A stretch of 64,000 bases of DNA from Spirochaetota bacterium (GTDB lineage Bacteria > Spirochaetota > UBA4802 > UBA5550), in assembly GCA_963663865.1 (NCBI GenBank), contig OY760686.1, positions 1,056,001 through 1,120,000 on the forward strand. The letters are read 5' to 3'. The notes under the pieces were generated by a model. It was not told the DNA's origin, did not search any database, and saw nothing but the letters and a program-made list of their open reading frames with translations. Numbering within the stretch: position 1 is the first letter of the stretch; each line of letters opens with the position of its first letter. Below are positions 37,965 to 48,094 of the stretch, in pieces. Both the position numbers and the translations under genes were made by a program.

Positions 37965-38627
37965 ATGAGTAATAATGAAAAAATTGAGGAGTGGGATTGG
38001 GGCCTGGCAAAGCCGACAGGACAGCCTGTTGACAGGAGGGAGGCGCACGCAAAGGGCATCGCTCATGAAGGAGTCCATCTGTGGATTGTCAGGGACTCAG
38101 ACAATGGCCCGGAGCTTCTTTTTCAGAGAAGGGCCCGTCATAAAGACAGCTATCCGGGGTATTTTGATATTACGGTGGGCGGTCATGTCCCCTATGGTTT
38201 GACAGAAGGCAAGGTCCAGAAGGAGGCCCGCGAGGAATTGGGGATTGATCCGCCGGAGGAGTCTCTTATCAGCCTGGGGTGCTACAGGTACGAGGAGCAT
38301 GAAGAACAGGGGCGCTTTCACAGAGAGTTCCAGCAGGTGTATTTGCTGCCCGATGCAAGGCCACTTGACGAGTACAGCTTCGCCGATGGAGAGGTGGACG
38401 CCCTCTGCGCGGTGCCTGTTGATGACCTAAAAAGGATGATGCTGGGCAGTCACAGCTTCAGCGCTGTATGTTTTTATGGAAAGGATATGGGCAATTGCGT
38501 TTTAACAGAGAAGGACTTTCATCCGTTGCTTTTTGCTGAATCGATGAAGGCTTACATGGAGGTTCTGCTTGACGCTGTTGATGTTTTTTTAAGCGGAAAA
38601 GGACGATATCCCCAGATGAGGTGCTAA
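37965..38627 (+). CDS. Nudix hydrolase (IDI-like / YfcD-like)
   Basis: HEGVHLWI, LLFQRR..KDSYPG..D.TVGGH, EAREELGI; GGAGG RBS. Confidence 0.85.
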   Translation: MSNNEKIEEWDWGLAKPTGQPVDRREAHAKGIAHEGVHLWIVRDSDNGPELLFQRRARHKDSYPGYFDITVGGHVPYGLTEGKVQKEAREELGIDPPEESLISLGCYRYEEHEEQGRFHREFQQVYLLPDARPLDEYSFADGEVDALCAVPVDDLKRMMLGSHSFSAVCFYGKDMGNCVLTEKDFHPLLFAESMKAYMEVLLDAVDVFLSGKGRYPQMRC

Positions 38628-38682
38628 AAACAGAATAAAAGCAATAAAAAAAGGCATTTTGTTAAACAAAAGCATAATTAGC

Positions 38683-38710
38683 TTGACTTTTTGGGAATGC
38701 CGGTTATGTT
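38683..38710 (+). promoter_or_regulatory. Putative sigma70 promoter of the csp gene (implies a long 5' UTR)
   Basis: TTGACT-16 bp-TATGTT about 135 bp upstream of the ATG. Confidence 0.45.
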
Positions 38711-38844
38711 GTACTCAGGTGATAAAGCTCTGTATAAATCTTCTATGAATCTTACCCCGTTCAAAACCAGGTAAATTAGTAGCAATGATTGGCATAGCCG
38801 ATAGGGCAATTCTCCTGAAAAAATCAAATAGGAGTCAGTAGTAT

Positions 38845-39045
38845 ATGACACAGGGAACAGTTAAGTGGTTCAACGATCAAAAAGGCTTTGGATTCATCAC
38901 AGCTAATGATGGACAGGATTACTTTGTACACCACACAAGCATTCTGGCCGACGGGTTTAAGACGCTTCCTGAAGGTGCACAGGTGCAGTTTGAAATTGAA
39001 AAAGGCGAAAAGGGACCGAGAGCAGTACAGGTTTCTGTTATATAA
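38845..39045 (+). CDS. Cold-shock protein (CspA family)
   Basis: [15 protein letters not shown] (RNP1), DYFVHH (RNP2). Confidence 0.97.
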   Translation: MTQGTVKWFNDQKGFGFITANDGQDYFVHHTSILADGFKTLPEGAQVQFEIEKGEKGPRAVQVSVI

Positions 39046-39072
39046 TAAATATATAATCCTTTTGAAACACAG

Positions 39073-39099
39073 GCCCGCGTTAATTGACGCGGGCTTTTT
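39073..39099 (+). terminator. Rho-independent terminator of csp
   Basis: GCCCGCGTT..GACGCGGGC plus TTTTT. Confidence 0.8.
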
Positions 39100-39257
39100 A
39101 GTGTCTGTTGACCTCCGGAATTTTGATCATTTTTTACAGTCTCTGAAAAAAAAGAATACAACAGGAGATTTTATATATTAAATTAATTATACTGCCTCCG
39201 CAATTATTTATTGACGGACAGGGACGAATGTATATTTATTATACTGCTGGTAAATAG

Positions 39258-41279
39258 ATGAATAAACAGATCATATTAACTTCAGGCGCTCAAAAATATG
39301 CCGATGTTCCGGAGTATTCTGATTTTCGCGTTATAGGTCCGTCAGAAATAGACGGATACTTCGCGGAGTCTGCAATCGGAGAGGACAGTCCCTACGTTCT
39401 TGTTTTTTGTAGTGTTGAAGAATACCCTGTAATTCAGGGCAGGCTTGAGACGCATGCTAATGGCGATGTGATCAGTGCGTTTGTGCTCTTCAGCGGCGAT
39501 GGAGAGCACAGTGTTTTTCCGGGCGGCTTTCCGGAAAACATCTCCGATTTGCGTACGGGTCCTGTTTCAAAGGCGGAGCTGCGCTTTATAGTCGAAAGGA
39601 CTTTCCGTTTTATGGAGACAGTTTCAAGAGGCCTAAAAAGAGCCGAGGAGTACAGGCTTGGTCTCGAGGACACGCGCCGCGACCAGGAGGACCTGATAAA
39701 CATAGGAAGGGCCCTGTCTAACGAGAAGGACCCCGAGAAGCTTCTTACTCTAATGCTTTTTCTCAGTAAAAAGATTACCGGAGCGGACGCGGGAAGCATC
39801 TATCTTGTCGAGGATAATCCTGAGGGTGGAAAGAGGCTTCGGTTTAAAACATCGCATACCTTTTCAAGGGAGCTTCCCCTTAACGAGTTCGTTATGCCCA
39901 TGGACAAGAACTCAATAGCCGGATATGTTGCCGTTACGGGCGAGGTGCTCAATATTCCTGATGTCTACAGGCTGAGCGAAACCGGAGAATTTCCCTTTAC
40001 CCACAACTCATCAATTGATATACAGCACAACTACCTAACGCGGTCGATGCTCGTTGTTCCAATGCGCAACTACCAGGATGAGGTTATCGGTGTTATTCAG
40101 CTTATTAACAGCAAGGAGTCAGGAAACTCATCCGGAGAAGCTGAAGGCAACGAAGCCTACGGCATTATGCTGATTACCCCGGATGATTTTGACCGTTATG
40201 TGGTCGCCTTTGACCAAAAGTACAACAGAATTCTTGAGGCGATTGCCGGGCAGGCAGCCATAGCTATTGAAAACAACCGGATGATCAAGCAGATAGAGCT
40301 TCAGTTCGAGCAGTTCGTTAAGGCTTCGGTAAAGGCTATAGAATCCCGTGACCCGGCGACTTCAGGCCATTCGTTCAGAGTAGCAGAGATATGCAAACAG
40401 ATGGCTTTTGCCGTGAACAGCATTCATGAAGGTTATCTCAAGGATATTTACTTTACGCCTACTATGATCAGAGAGCTTGAGTTCGCGGCGCTTCTCCATG
40501 ACTTCGGAAAGGTTTATATCGACCTTGCTATTTTCAGAAAAGAGAAGAAACTTTTCCCGCGCGACTTTGAAAATCTGATGATAAGGCTTGATTATCTGTA
40601 CAGATGCGTAGAATTACAGTTTACCGAAAGAATTGCCGGTGTGCCGCGTGATGACAGAGAGAAGATCAACAAGCTTGTTGATGAGAAGCTCAGTATGCTT
40701 GAGAAGATACTTGAAATAAAGGGAAGACTGATCAGGCTGAATGAACCGGCAGTCACAGAGGAAGATCCGGAAGTTGTACTGGATGCTGTACTCTCCGATA
40801 TGGCAGGGATGGAATGCGTCACTGTCGAAGGCAGCGATATGAAGGTGATAACCGACGTCGACAGACTCAATCTTTCGATAAGACGAGGGAGCCTCAATCC
40901 GGAAGAGAGACGCGAGATAGAGACTCATGTCGTTCACACATATAACTTCGTTAAGAAGATTCCATGGCCCTCGGGATACAAAAATATTCCAGAAATAACA
41001 CTGAGGCATCATGAAAAACTTAATGGGAAGGGATATCCCGACGGGCTGAAGGGACGCGATAGCACCCCTGTCCAGGCCAGGATGATGGCAATCGCGGACA
41101 TCTACGACGCCCTTGCATCACCGGACAGGCCTTACAAGAAGGCTGTCCCCAGGGAGAAGATACTCGACATTCTCTGGGAGGAAGCTGACAAGGGCTATCT
41201 TGACCCGGATCTGGTCGAGATTTTTATCAGCTTCAGGGTCTACGACAGAGTCGATCCTGACATGTTCAGGCAGATGTAG
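39258..41279 (+). CDS. GAF plus HD-GYP domain phosphodiesterase (cyclic dinucleotide signalling)
   Basis: ADAGSIYL, SIAGYVA, SMLVVPM GAF motifs; TSGHS.RVA, LHDFGK, HHEKLNGKGYPDG, IADIYDAL..DRPYKKA. Confidence 0.9.
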   Translation: MNKQIILTSGAQKYADVPEYSDFRVIGPSEIDGYFAESAIGEDSPYVLVFCSVEEYPVIQGRLETHANGDVISAFVLFSGDGEHSVFPGGFPENISDLRTGPVSKAELRFIVERTFRFMETVSRGLKRAEEYRLGLEDTRRDQEDLINIGRALSNEKDPEKLLTLMLFLSKKITGADAGSIYLVEDNPEGGKRLRFKTSHTFSRELPLNEFVMPMDKNSIAGYVAVTGEVLNIPDVYRLSETGEFPFTHNSSIDIQHNYLTRSMLVVPMRNYQDEVIGVIQLINSKESGNSSGEAEGNEAYGIMLITPDDFDRYVVAFDQKYNRILEAIAGQAAIAIENNRMIKQIELQFEQFVKASVKAIESRDPATSGHSFRVAEICKQMAFAVNSIHEGYLKDIYFTPTMIRELEFAALLHDFGKVYIDLAIFRKEKKLFPRDFENLMIRLDYLYRCVELQFTERIAGVPRDDREKINKLVDEKLSMLEKILEIKGRLIRLNEPAVTEEDPEVVLDAVLSDMAGMECVTVEGSDMKVITDVDRLNLSIRRGSLNPEERREIETHVVHTYNFVKKIPWPSGYKNIPEITLRHHEKLNGKGYPDGLKGRDSTPVQARMMAIADIYDALASPDRPYKKAVPREKILDILWEEADKGYLDPDLVEIFISFRVYDRVDPDMFRQM

Positions 41280-41283
41280 AGGA

Positions 41284-42192
41284 TCAGCTGCTTGACGCTC
41301 TGATCCCAATCAGCATAAGCCTGTCTGACGGAGCGGAGGGCGCAATAAAGTTATCGTGTAGCTGTTCGTAACGCATGAAAAGGGAAAACACTGCCCCCTT
41401 CCCCTGATATCCCCCCGATAATTCCACGCTAAAGTCCGATTTAACCGACCCGTTTTTGTAAAAAAAGAGAGAGTATTTTCCCGTAAGACGTATTAGAAAC
41501 CCGGACGCAATTTTGTAGTCAGCACCTGCGGTGATTTCCGAGGAGACGGAGAGTTTCCCGCCATTTGTCTCTATCACATCAGATGTTATACTTCCGTATT
41601 GTCTGTCGTCTTCATAAACAGTAAAACCGTCGGCACGCACGGAGGCGTAAAGCCCAATTCCGGATGCCGGGCATAAAGAGTGTAGTGCCGCTTCGGCCAT
41701 TGCGCTGTCGTAAATTATGACCCTGGAATAATGTTCGCCACGCTCAGAGAGAAGCTCAAGGTTGTCAATATCGTGTTTGCAGCGGTGATAGTAGCCGCCT
41801 CTGATGAAAAGGTTTCCTTTTGAGTAGGAAAGAGCGAAAGCCTCGTCCCAAAAAATGGATCGGGGATTGTACCCGATTTTACTGTGACGGTCGGCTGCCA
41901 GTTCAACGTCTGTGCGGAAAGTCAGGTCAATGCTGTGCAGTGTTAAGAGAGAAACGGAAATTCCAGCGCGTGACCCGTATCGGTAATCGCCGCTTTTTGA
42001 ACTTGAGTATCTTGAGAATTCTCCGAAACCGGCGAGGGCAGTCAGTATGCCGTTGTTCATGTTTGGAAGAAAACCGGTTGTTGAATGTGGAAAGTATCTG
42101 TCAGGGTAGACGGCTCCCTGTGAATGCGCAAAGGGCAACATGGCGGCTAAGGCTGCGGCCAGTAATATGGTTTTCACGTTAGAATATTTCAT
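41284..42192 (-). CDS. Hypothetical exported protein, probable outer-membrane beta-barrel
   Basis: Signal peptide, alternating beta-strand pattern, HRCKHDIDN motif. Confidence 0.55.
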   Translation of the reverse strand: MKYSNVKTILLAAALAAMLPFAHSQGAVYPDRYFPHSTTGFLPNMNNGILTALAGFGEFSRYSSSKSGDYRYGSRAGISVSLLTLHSIDLTFRTDVELAADRHSKIGYNPRSIFWDEAFALSYSKGNLFIRGGYYHRCKHDIDNLELLSERGEHYSRVIIYDSAMAEAALHSLCPASGIGLYASVRADGFTVYEDDRQYGSITSDVIETNGGKLSVSSEITAGADYKIASGFLIRLTGKYSLFFYKNGSVKSDFSVELSGGYQGKGAVFSLFMRYEQLHDNFIAPSAPSDRLMLIGIRASSS

Positions 42193-42298
42193 AGGGTTAT
42201 ATAGCTTGACTATTGCATTTCAGGCTGATCAGGTTCAGGTGGAGATTACCGAAGCGTAATATCCAGAATAAAATTAATATTTACCAGGAGGATTTTCA

Positions 42299-43675
42299 AT
42301 GAAATTCTTTCAATGTCTTGCGGCGTCTTTCGATTATTTGGCGAAAAGCATCTTAATTTTCGGTGTCTTTTTCTGTGTTTCAGTTTTTTCGTCATGCGGT
42401 GATGATGATAACAGCAGCATTACACCCGGTGCTGCAAGCCTTTCGGCACTTAGAATTGGGCCGGGGAAACTTACTCCAGCGTTTAATCCGGCCATTACTG
42501 AGTACAGTACCTCAGTTGACTATTTTGCCGAAAAATTTAGGGTTACTCCTTCTGGTGATGATTCCGCAAGTGCGATTGAGGTCAACGGAGTCGGGGTTCA
42601 ATCCGGTGAGCATGCGGGTCTTGTCGCTTTGAGAGAAGGATCGAATGCGGTGGAAATTGACGTTCTTGATGTGGATGGAAACGTAAAAACCTACACTGTG
42701 AATATTACAAGAAAGACTGAGACTGAATACCCGTATTTTGAACTGGATTATACTGCCGGTCAGGATAACGAAATGACCATTGAGTATGATGGAATAGAGC
42801 GAAGATTTTTTTATTATGTCCCTGCTGATTTTGATTCAGAAGCTTCTCATTCGGTAATTGTTGTGCTTCACGGTTTCAATCAGGATGTAAGCAGTATTAT
42901 TCAGACTTATGGAAGCATGAAGACATTGGCAGACGATGATGGAACTATCATAATATTTCCTGAATCGACCGGCAGCAGTGCTGAATCAACACTGTCGTGG
43001 AACCAGCTGTATGGAGACCTCAGTTCGATTTATGAAACTCTTAATGAGGTCGATGATATAGGTTATATTTCATATCTGATTAATACAATGCTGGGAAACA
43101 TGAACGGCGATCCGGACCGGGTGTATGTTACAGGAACATCCATGGGCGGGGCAATGACTTTTGCCCTATCAACATTTATTCCGGGTAAATTCGCTGCTGC
43201 CGCGCCTGTCATAATGCAGGTAGCGCAGGATTTCGTCGCTCAATTCCAGGATGCCCAGCCGCTTCCGTATATGGTCATAACAGGAACGGCTGACCCGCTT
43301 GTCGATCCGGATGGAACTGATACCGGTACAATAAAAAATGTTTCTCAGGCAGCGAGTATTGAATACCTTAAGATAAGGAACGGCCTGACTGGGGACGGTG
43401 AAATGACAGCTCTTCCTGACACTGTAACGGAAGTATTTCAGGGAGAGGACGCCAACTCATATATTGAACAGTATGTCTGGGAAAGCAGCGCAGGAAACGA
43501 TCTTTTCTATCTGAAAGTAGTTAACGGCGGACACTGGCTTCCTTCGTATATGGGCGGTATGGCCATGGATCCCTCAAATCTTGGTGGATGGGACGGAAGT
43601 TATCTGGGGCACTGGAACAATGATTACGACGCAGCCGCAGGAATTTACAACTTTTTTATGAATTATACAAGATAG
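42299..43675 (+). CDS. Lipoprotein: cadherin-like beta-sandwich plus LpqC/PHB-depolymerase-type esterase
   Basis: Lipobox FSSC; LTPAFNP..TEY...TYTVNITR; VLHG, GTSMGG, GTADP, GGHW triad. Confidence 0.8.
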   Translation: MKFFQCLAASFDYLAKSILIFGVFFCVSVFSSCGDDDNSSITPGAASLSALRIGPGKLTPAFNPAITEYSTSVDYFAEKFRVTPSGDDSASAIEVNGVGVQSGEHAGLVALREGSNAVEIDVLDVDGNVKTYTVNITRKTETEYPYFELDYTAGQDNEMTIEYDGIERRFFYYVPADFDSEASHSVIVVLHGFNQDVSSIIQTYGSMKTLADDDGTIIIFPESTGSSAESTLSWNQLYGDLSSIYETLNEVDDIGYISYLINTMLGNMNGDPDRVYVTGTSMGGAMTFALSTFIPGKFAAAAPVIMQVAQDFVAQFQDAQPLPYMVITGTADPLVDPDGTDTGTIKNVSQAASIEYLKIRNGLTGDGEMTALPDTVTEVFQGEDANSYIEQYVWESSAGNDLFYLKVVNGGHWLPSYMGGMAMDPSNLGGWDGSYLGHWNNDYDAAAGIYNFFMNYTR

Positions 43676-43711
43676 TTCCGCTGTGTAATAAATAACACAA
43701 CAGGCGGTTTT

Positions 43712-43748
43712 TTGAAAAGGGGATGCCGGGAAGTCATTCCCTTTTCAA
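43712..43748. terminator. Bidirectional terminator between convergent genes
   Basis: TTGAAAAGGGGATG...CATTCCCTTTTCAA inverted repeat. Confidence 0.6.
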
Positions 43749-43754
43749 TTTTGG

Positions 43755-44459
43755 TTACTGTGCGTATCCGAGCAGCTTAACGATCCACGGCGAGAACAGC
43801 GCCGTAAGGATGCCGTTCAGTGCCAGGGCGAGCCCGCCGTAAGCGCTGTGCACTTCGCCGAGTTCGGCGGCCCTTGCTGTCCCGAGGCCATGTGAGGCCG
43901 CTCCCATGGCAAGCCCTATGGCCGCCGGCTTCTTAACGCGTATAAGCTTCAGAAACGAGATTCCCATTATTGCCCCGAGAATTCCTACAGTCAGCACAAT
44001 GCCCGCGGTCAGCGGAGGTATGCCTCCCAGTGTGTCGGCAATGTCCATCGCGATGGGCGTCGTGACCGACTTTGGAGCGAGTGAGAGTATTATCTCTCTG
44101 GAAGCTCCGAATACCTTTGCGAGCACAATAACCGATACGATTCCCGTAATGCTTCCGGCAAGCATGGTCAAAATGATACCGTAACCGTTTTTTTTGATGG
44201 TCTGCAGCTGGAAGTACAGCGGAAGCCCGAGCGCGACAACCGCGGGCTGAAGCATGAAACCGATATAGCTTCCGCCCCTGTTGTACTCTTCATAGGTAAC
44301 TCCTGTTCCGAGCAGAAAAGCTATTAGAGCTATGGTAGTCAGGAGAATAGGGTTCAGGAAGAAATAGCTGAAGCGCCCGTGCAGTGTTTTGAACGAGAGG
44401 TAGAGCAGCAGCGTGAGCGTAATGGAGAAAACCTCACTTCTGAGAAAATCATGCATCAT
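43755..44459 (-). CDS. lrgB: LrgB/CidB family membrane protein
   Basis: PAVVALGLPLY, LAPKSVTTPIAM, SHGLGTARA. Confidence 0.92.
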   Translation of the reverse strand: MMHDFLRSEVFSITLTLLLYLSFKTLHGRFSYFFLNPILLTTIALIAFLLGTGVTYEEYNRGGSYIGFMLQPAVVALGLPLYFQLQTIKKNGYGIILTMLAGSITGIVSVIVLAKVFGASREIILSLAPKSVTTPIAMDIADTLGGIPPLTAGIVLTVGILGAIMGISFLKLIRVKKPAAIGLAMGAASHGLGTARAAELGEVHSAYGGLALALNGILTALFSPWIVKLLGYAQ

Positions 44460-44790
44460 CTTTACCCGCCTTCTGATAAATAAGCCCCACCACCGCAAGG
44501 ACGATCAGCGTGCTGAAAAACGACGATACGGCGATAGGCACAATTTCATCTTTGATCAGGCCGAAATATGAGAGTATGCCGACTCCCGGCGGAATAAAGA
44601 AGAAGGCCATGTTTTTGATAAAGAAATCGGATATTGACTTTATGGAATGCGGCTTTATCAGCCTGAAGTGCAGTAGCAGAGTCAGCAGAAGCATTCCTAT
44701 GACGCTTGACGGCACCGAGAGTCCGAAGAGCTTTCTGATTCCCTCTCCGGCCAGAAGGCAGCCGAATATTATTGAAGCCTGTTTAATCAT
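44449..44790 (-). CDS. lrgA: CidA/LrgA family holin-like protein
   Basis: VPSSVIGMLLL, NMAFFFIPPGVG. Confidence 0.9.
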   Translation of the reverse strand: MIKQASIIFGCLLAGEGIRKLFGLSVPSSVIGMLLLTLLLHFRLIKPHSIKSISDFFIKNMAFFFIPPGVGILSYFGLIKDEIVPIAVSSFFSTLIVLAVVGLIYQKAGKDDA

Positions 44791-45048
44791 GTTAGTTTTC
44801 TCCTATGGATATCATATTAAAACATGCGATTTTTCGCAACAAAAGAAATGAGGACCTGTGCCCTGAACAGCGAATTATTCCGTCAGGGCATTGTGCTTTT
44901 TGCGGTCATTATTGTCTGGTATGGGTGGGGATGATGTCAGCTTAATCAATTTCATTTTTTCAGAATCTATATATAATGTCTGAAAAAGTATGTCATTTTT
45001 CCTCACTGAATTACTCATAGTAAATAATGAAAGCTCATATAAAATCTT

Positions 45049-45352
45049 TGCAAGAGCCGGTGTTCAGAACTTCGCCTTCTATCTTCTCAGCGATGGAGGC
45101 AGCGGTATCAACGAAGACTGTCCGGGCGGGAAAACGTATAATGTGACAGGAATAGGGGTCGAGAATGCCGGCGCGATAGCCATGTACTCAAACTGCAACC
45201 TGCTGACCTCAAACGCGGATTTCCAGGAGTCAGCAGACGCATGGTTGCTTGCTTCATATCTCTTTTATCTTGAGGGGATGGACTGGTATCTGGATAATGT
45301 TGTTTCTACCTGGTGTGCTGTGGGGGTTATTCCTCAGTTGAATGGACATTAA
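45049..45352 (+). pseudogene. 3' remnant (about 100 codons) of an M4 thermolysin-like metallopeptidase gene, copy 1
   Basis: GVQNFAFYLLSDGG...VTGIGVENAGAI.....LLTSNADF.......WCAVGV matches the Peptidase_M4_C region; no HExxH or N-terminal part. Confidence 0.7.
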
Positions 45353-45374
45353 TATGCTTAAAGGGAGATGGAAT

Positions 45375-46469
45375 ATGAAAATAACAGCTTTAATTATATC
45401 AGCTATGTTTATGCTTATATCATGTGATTCGGACACAAGCAAATCCGTGCCGGAACAGGTTGAGCCACTTGAGGGAGTATTTGTTCTTGGCTCTGTAGAT
45501 GGGAACGTGGGTTACTGGCATGATGGGGAATGGAACCAGTGTGAGGTGCCTGTTGGAGCAGATAGCTGTTCTGGTGATTCAATTTATATTACAGAATATG
45601 ATGTTTATATTGGTGGAGGTTACAGATACGCTTATAATCAATACAATTTTGTACATGTGCCCGGTTACTGGAAGAATTTGGAATGGGAACCACTTTACAC
45701 TGCTGAACCCATAGCTAGTGCTGGAGTGTTTTCTGTGACTTCATCAGATGAAGATATTTATTTTGCCGGACATTTAAATCATGAAGCATGTTATTGGAAA
45801 AACAATGATTTAATATATTTGGATGATTTTGACAATAGTAGTGTTCTTTACAAGCTGGATCCGTACATGGAAATAACATGTATAATGTCAAATAATAACA
45901 ATATTTATGGAGCCGTTCAATCTACAAAACCAGTTTACTTTAAAAATAAAAATTTAATAAGCCTTTCAATTGATGGTGTGGGGAGTTTGGAAACAGTAAT
46001 TATGCACAATGGAGATATCTACGCTGCGGGCCGATGCCATGATGTAGAAGGTAATTATTTTACGGGTTACTGGAAAAATGATGAATGGGTAGCTCTTCCT
46101 AATCCCAATTCTGATGGGAGAATAATTATTATTACCGGTATTGCTGTTTCAGGTGATGATGTTTATGTTTGTGCTTATTCTCAGGTATATGTGGAATCTG
46201 CTCATTCTATTACAATATTAAATTATTCATCTGGATACTGGAAGAATGGTAAATGGTTTGACCTCGAATCGTCGTATGGTACCCCGAAGGCAGAGGCTAT
46301 GGTCGAACACAATGGAGATATCTACATTGTCGGAGGATGTTACAGTAATTACAACTATTCATATACCAGTCACCCTTCTTTCTATGCTGGCTACTGGAAG
46401 AACGGAGACTGGAACGAACTGGGAGTTGAGGGTGAAGATGCGCTAGCTTTTGATATAGTTGTGAAGTGA
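45375..46469 (+). CDS. Lipoprotein with seven YWKNG-type repeats (predicted 7-bladed beta-propeller), copy 1
   Basis: Lipobox LISC behind a GGAG RBS; repeats GYWHDG, GYWKNL, CYWKNN, VYFKNK, GYWKND, GYWKNG x2, mostly preceded by D(I/V)Y.xG. Confidence 0.8.
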   Translation: MKITALIISAMFMLISCDSDTSKSVPEQVEPLEGVFVLGSVDGNVGYWHDGEWNQCEVPVGADSCSGDSIYITEYDVYIGGGYRYAYNQYNFVHVPGYWKNLEWEPLYTAEPIASAGVFSVTSSDEDIYFAGHLNHEACYWKNNDLIYLDDFDNSSVLYKLDPYMEITCIMSNNNNIYGAVQSTKPVYFKNKNLISLSIDGVGSLETVIMHNGDIYAAGRCHDVEGNYFTGYWKNDEWVALPNPNSDGRIIIITGIAVSGDDVYVCAYSQVYVESAHSITILNYSSGYWKNGKWFDLESSYGTPKAEAMVEHNGDIYIVGGCYSNYNYSYTSHPSFYAGYWKNGDWNELGVEGEDALAFDIVVK

Positions 46470-46480
46470 GTCTCATCTCA

Positions 46481-46501
46481 GCCGGTCCCTTGCGGGCCGG
46501 C
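46481..46501 (+). terminator. GC-rich hairpin after lipoprotein 1
   Basis: GCCGGTCC-cttgc-GGGCCGGC; no clear U-tract. Confidence 0.45.
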
Positions 46502-46589
46502 AGCCTCATAGGTGCTTACGCCGAATTTCTGTTCGCGTTGATGTTTCCGTAAACAAGGCTGAACATGATTACTGCTAAAGTTATGTTGA

Positions 46590-46985
46590 AAAAAACCGGC
46601 AAACGATTGTCATCAAAGAATCTCAATTGCTGAACGTCAAAAATTCAATGGTAATGTATTCACAAGCGCCCCCGACTATCATGCAAGAGCTGTTGTCCAG
46701 AACTTCGCCTTCTATCTTCTCAGTGATGGCGGCAGCGGTATAAACTACGACTGTCCGGGCGGCAAGGCGTACAATGTTACCGGAATTGGAGTCCAGAATG
46801 CCGGCGCGATCGCTATGTACTCAAACTGCAACCTGCTGACTTCAAACGCGGATTTCCAGGAGTCAGCAGACGCGTGGTTGCTTGCTTCATATCTCTTTTA
46901 TCTTGAGGGGTTTGACGATTATATGGACAACGTGGTTTCCGCCTGGTGTGCTGTGGGGGTTATTCCTCAGTTGAATGGACATTAA
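46590..46985 (+). pseudogene. Start-less 3' remnant of an M4 metallopeptidase gene, copy 2 (not in the ORF track)
   Basis: Open frame ...SAPDYHARAVVQNFAFYLLSDGG...SAWCAVGVIPQLNGH*; in-frame TGA near 46587-46589 and no early start codon. Confidence 0.7.
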
Positions 46986-47007
46986 TATGCTTAAAAGGAG
47001 ATAGAAT

Positions 47008-48084
47008 ATGAAAATTTCAGTTTTAATTATATCAGCTATGTTTATGATTTTATCATGCGATTCGGATTCAGATAACACTCCGTCAGAAAGCGGGCCGGAA
47101 CAGGTTGAGCCACTTGAGGGAGTGTTTGTTTTAGGTTCTTTTGGCGGAAATATGGGTTACTGGCATGATGGTGAGTGGAATAACCTTCCGGTTTCAGATT
47201 CATGGAAAATTGGCAGAGCTTATTCATTATGTGTGTATGAAGATTCGATCTATATGGCGGGTTATGAAAGTTCTGACGGTGGTAAAAACTATAAAACGGG
47301 ATACTATGTCAACAATGAATGGGTTCAGATCAATGAGCCAAATGAATATTGGCATATATCAGATATTGAAGTTCACAACAATAAAATATATTGTGCAGGC
47401 GCATCGGGGTCTACAGCATGTTACTGGATAAACGGTGAGGTAATATTTCCTGCTGATATTGAAGGTGAATCTTATGCCAACGGGAAGATTAACTCAATAA
47501 TCGTTGAAAATGATAATGTTATAGCTGCCGGCGATAATCATGTTTTCCCAGTTTACTGGTTAAACACAGAGCCTGTACAGCTGTCTATACCTGGAGAATT
47601 AATCAATGGCAGTCTGTGGGTAGTAAGGAAATATAACGATAATATTTATACGGCAGGATGGTGTAGAAACCAGGATGGTGATTATCTTACTGGCTATTGG
47701 AGGAACGATGAATGGGTTACATTGACTAACCCGTTTTGTGAAGATGTAATACTTACGATTATCACGGGGATAGAAGTAGTTAATGATGATGTCTATGTTT
47801 GTGCATATTCTGAGGTAATAGTTGAAAGTTATTCGGAAATAACTTCAGGTTACTGGAAGAATGGAGAATGGTTTGAACTTGAGACTCCGAGAGGGACTTC
47901 AATGGCGCGAGGAATGGTAGAACATAATGGTGATATTTACATTGTTGGTTCAAGTTTTGAAAATTTTTGTAGTCTAACCGGTTCCGCATCCGCCTCTTAC
48001 GCCGGTTACTGGAAGAACGGAGAGTGGCACCCTCTTGGCGAAGAAGGAGTTCAAGCAAGTGCATTTGACATTGTCGTGAAGTAA
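47008..48084 (+). CDS. Lipoprotein with seven YWKNG-type repeats (predicted beta-propeller), copy 2
   Basis: Lipobox ILSC, AAGGAG RBS; seven repeats; paralogue of 45375-46469. Confidence 0.8.
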   Translation: MKISVLIISAMFMILSCDSDSDNTPSESGPEQVEPLEGVFVLGSFGGNMGYWHDGEWNNLPVSDSWKIGRAYSLCVYEDSIYMAGYESSDGGKNYKTGYYVNNEWVQINEPNEYWHISDIEVHNNKIYCAGASGSTACYWINGEVIFPADIEGESYANGKINSIIVENDNVIAAGDNHVFPVYWLNTEPVQLSIPGELINGSLWVVRKYNDNIYTAGWCRNQDGDYLTGYWRNDEWVTLTNPFCEDVILTIITGIEVVNDDVYVCAYSEVIVESYSEITSGYWKNGEWFELETPRGTSMARGMVEHNGDIYIVGSSFENFCSLTGSASASYAGYWKNGEWHPLGEEGVQASAFDIVVK

Positions 48085-48094
48085 TTTCTGCAAT

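Noticed and set aside
44990-45352. 120-aa ORF as a genuine stand-alone protein
   Set aside because: The first 20 codons are AT-rich, lack an RBS and are unrelated to copy 2; better explained as a protease gene remnant
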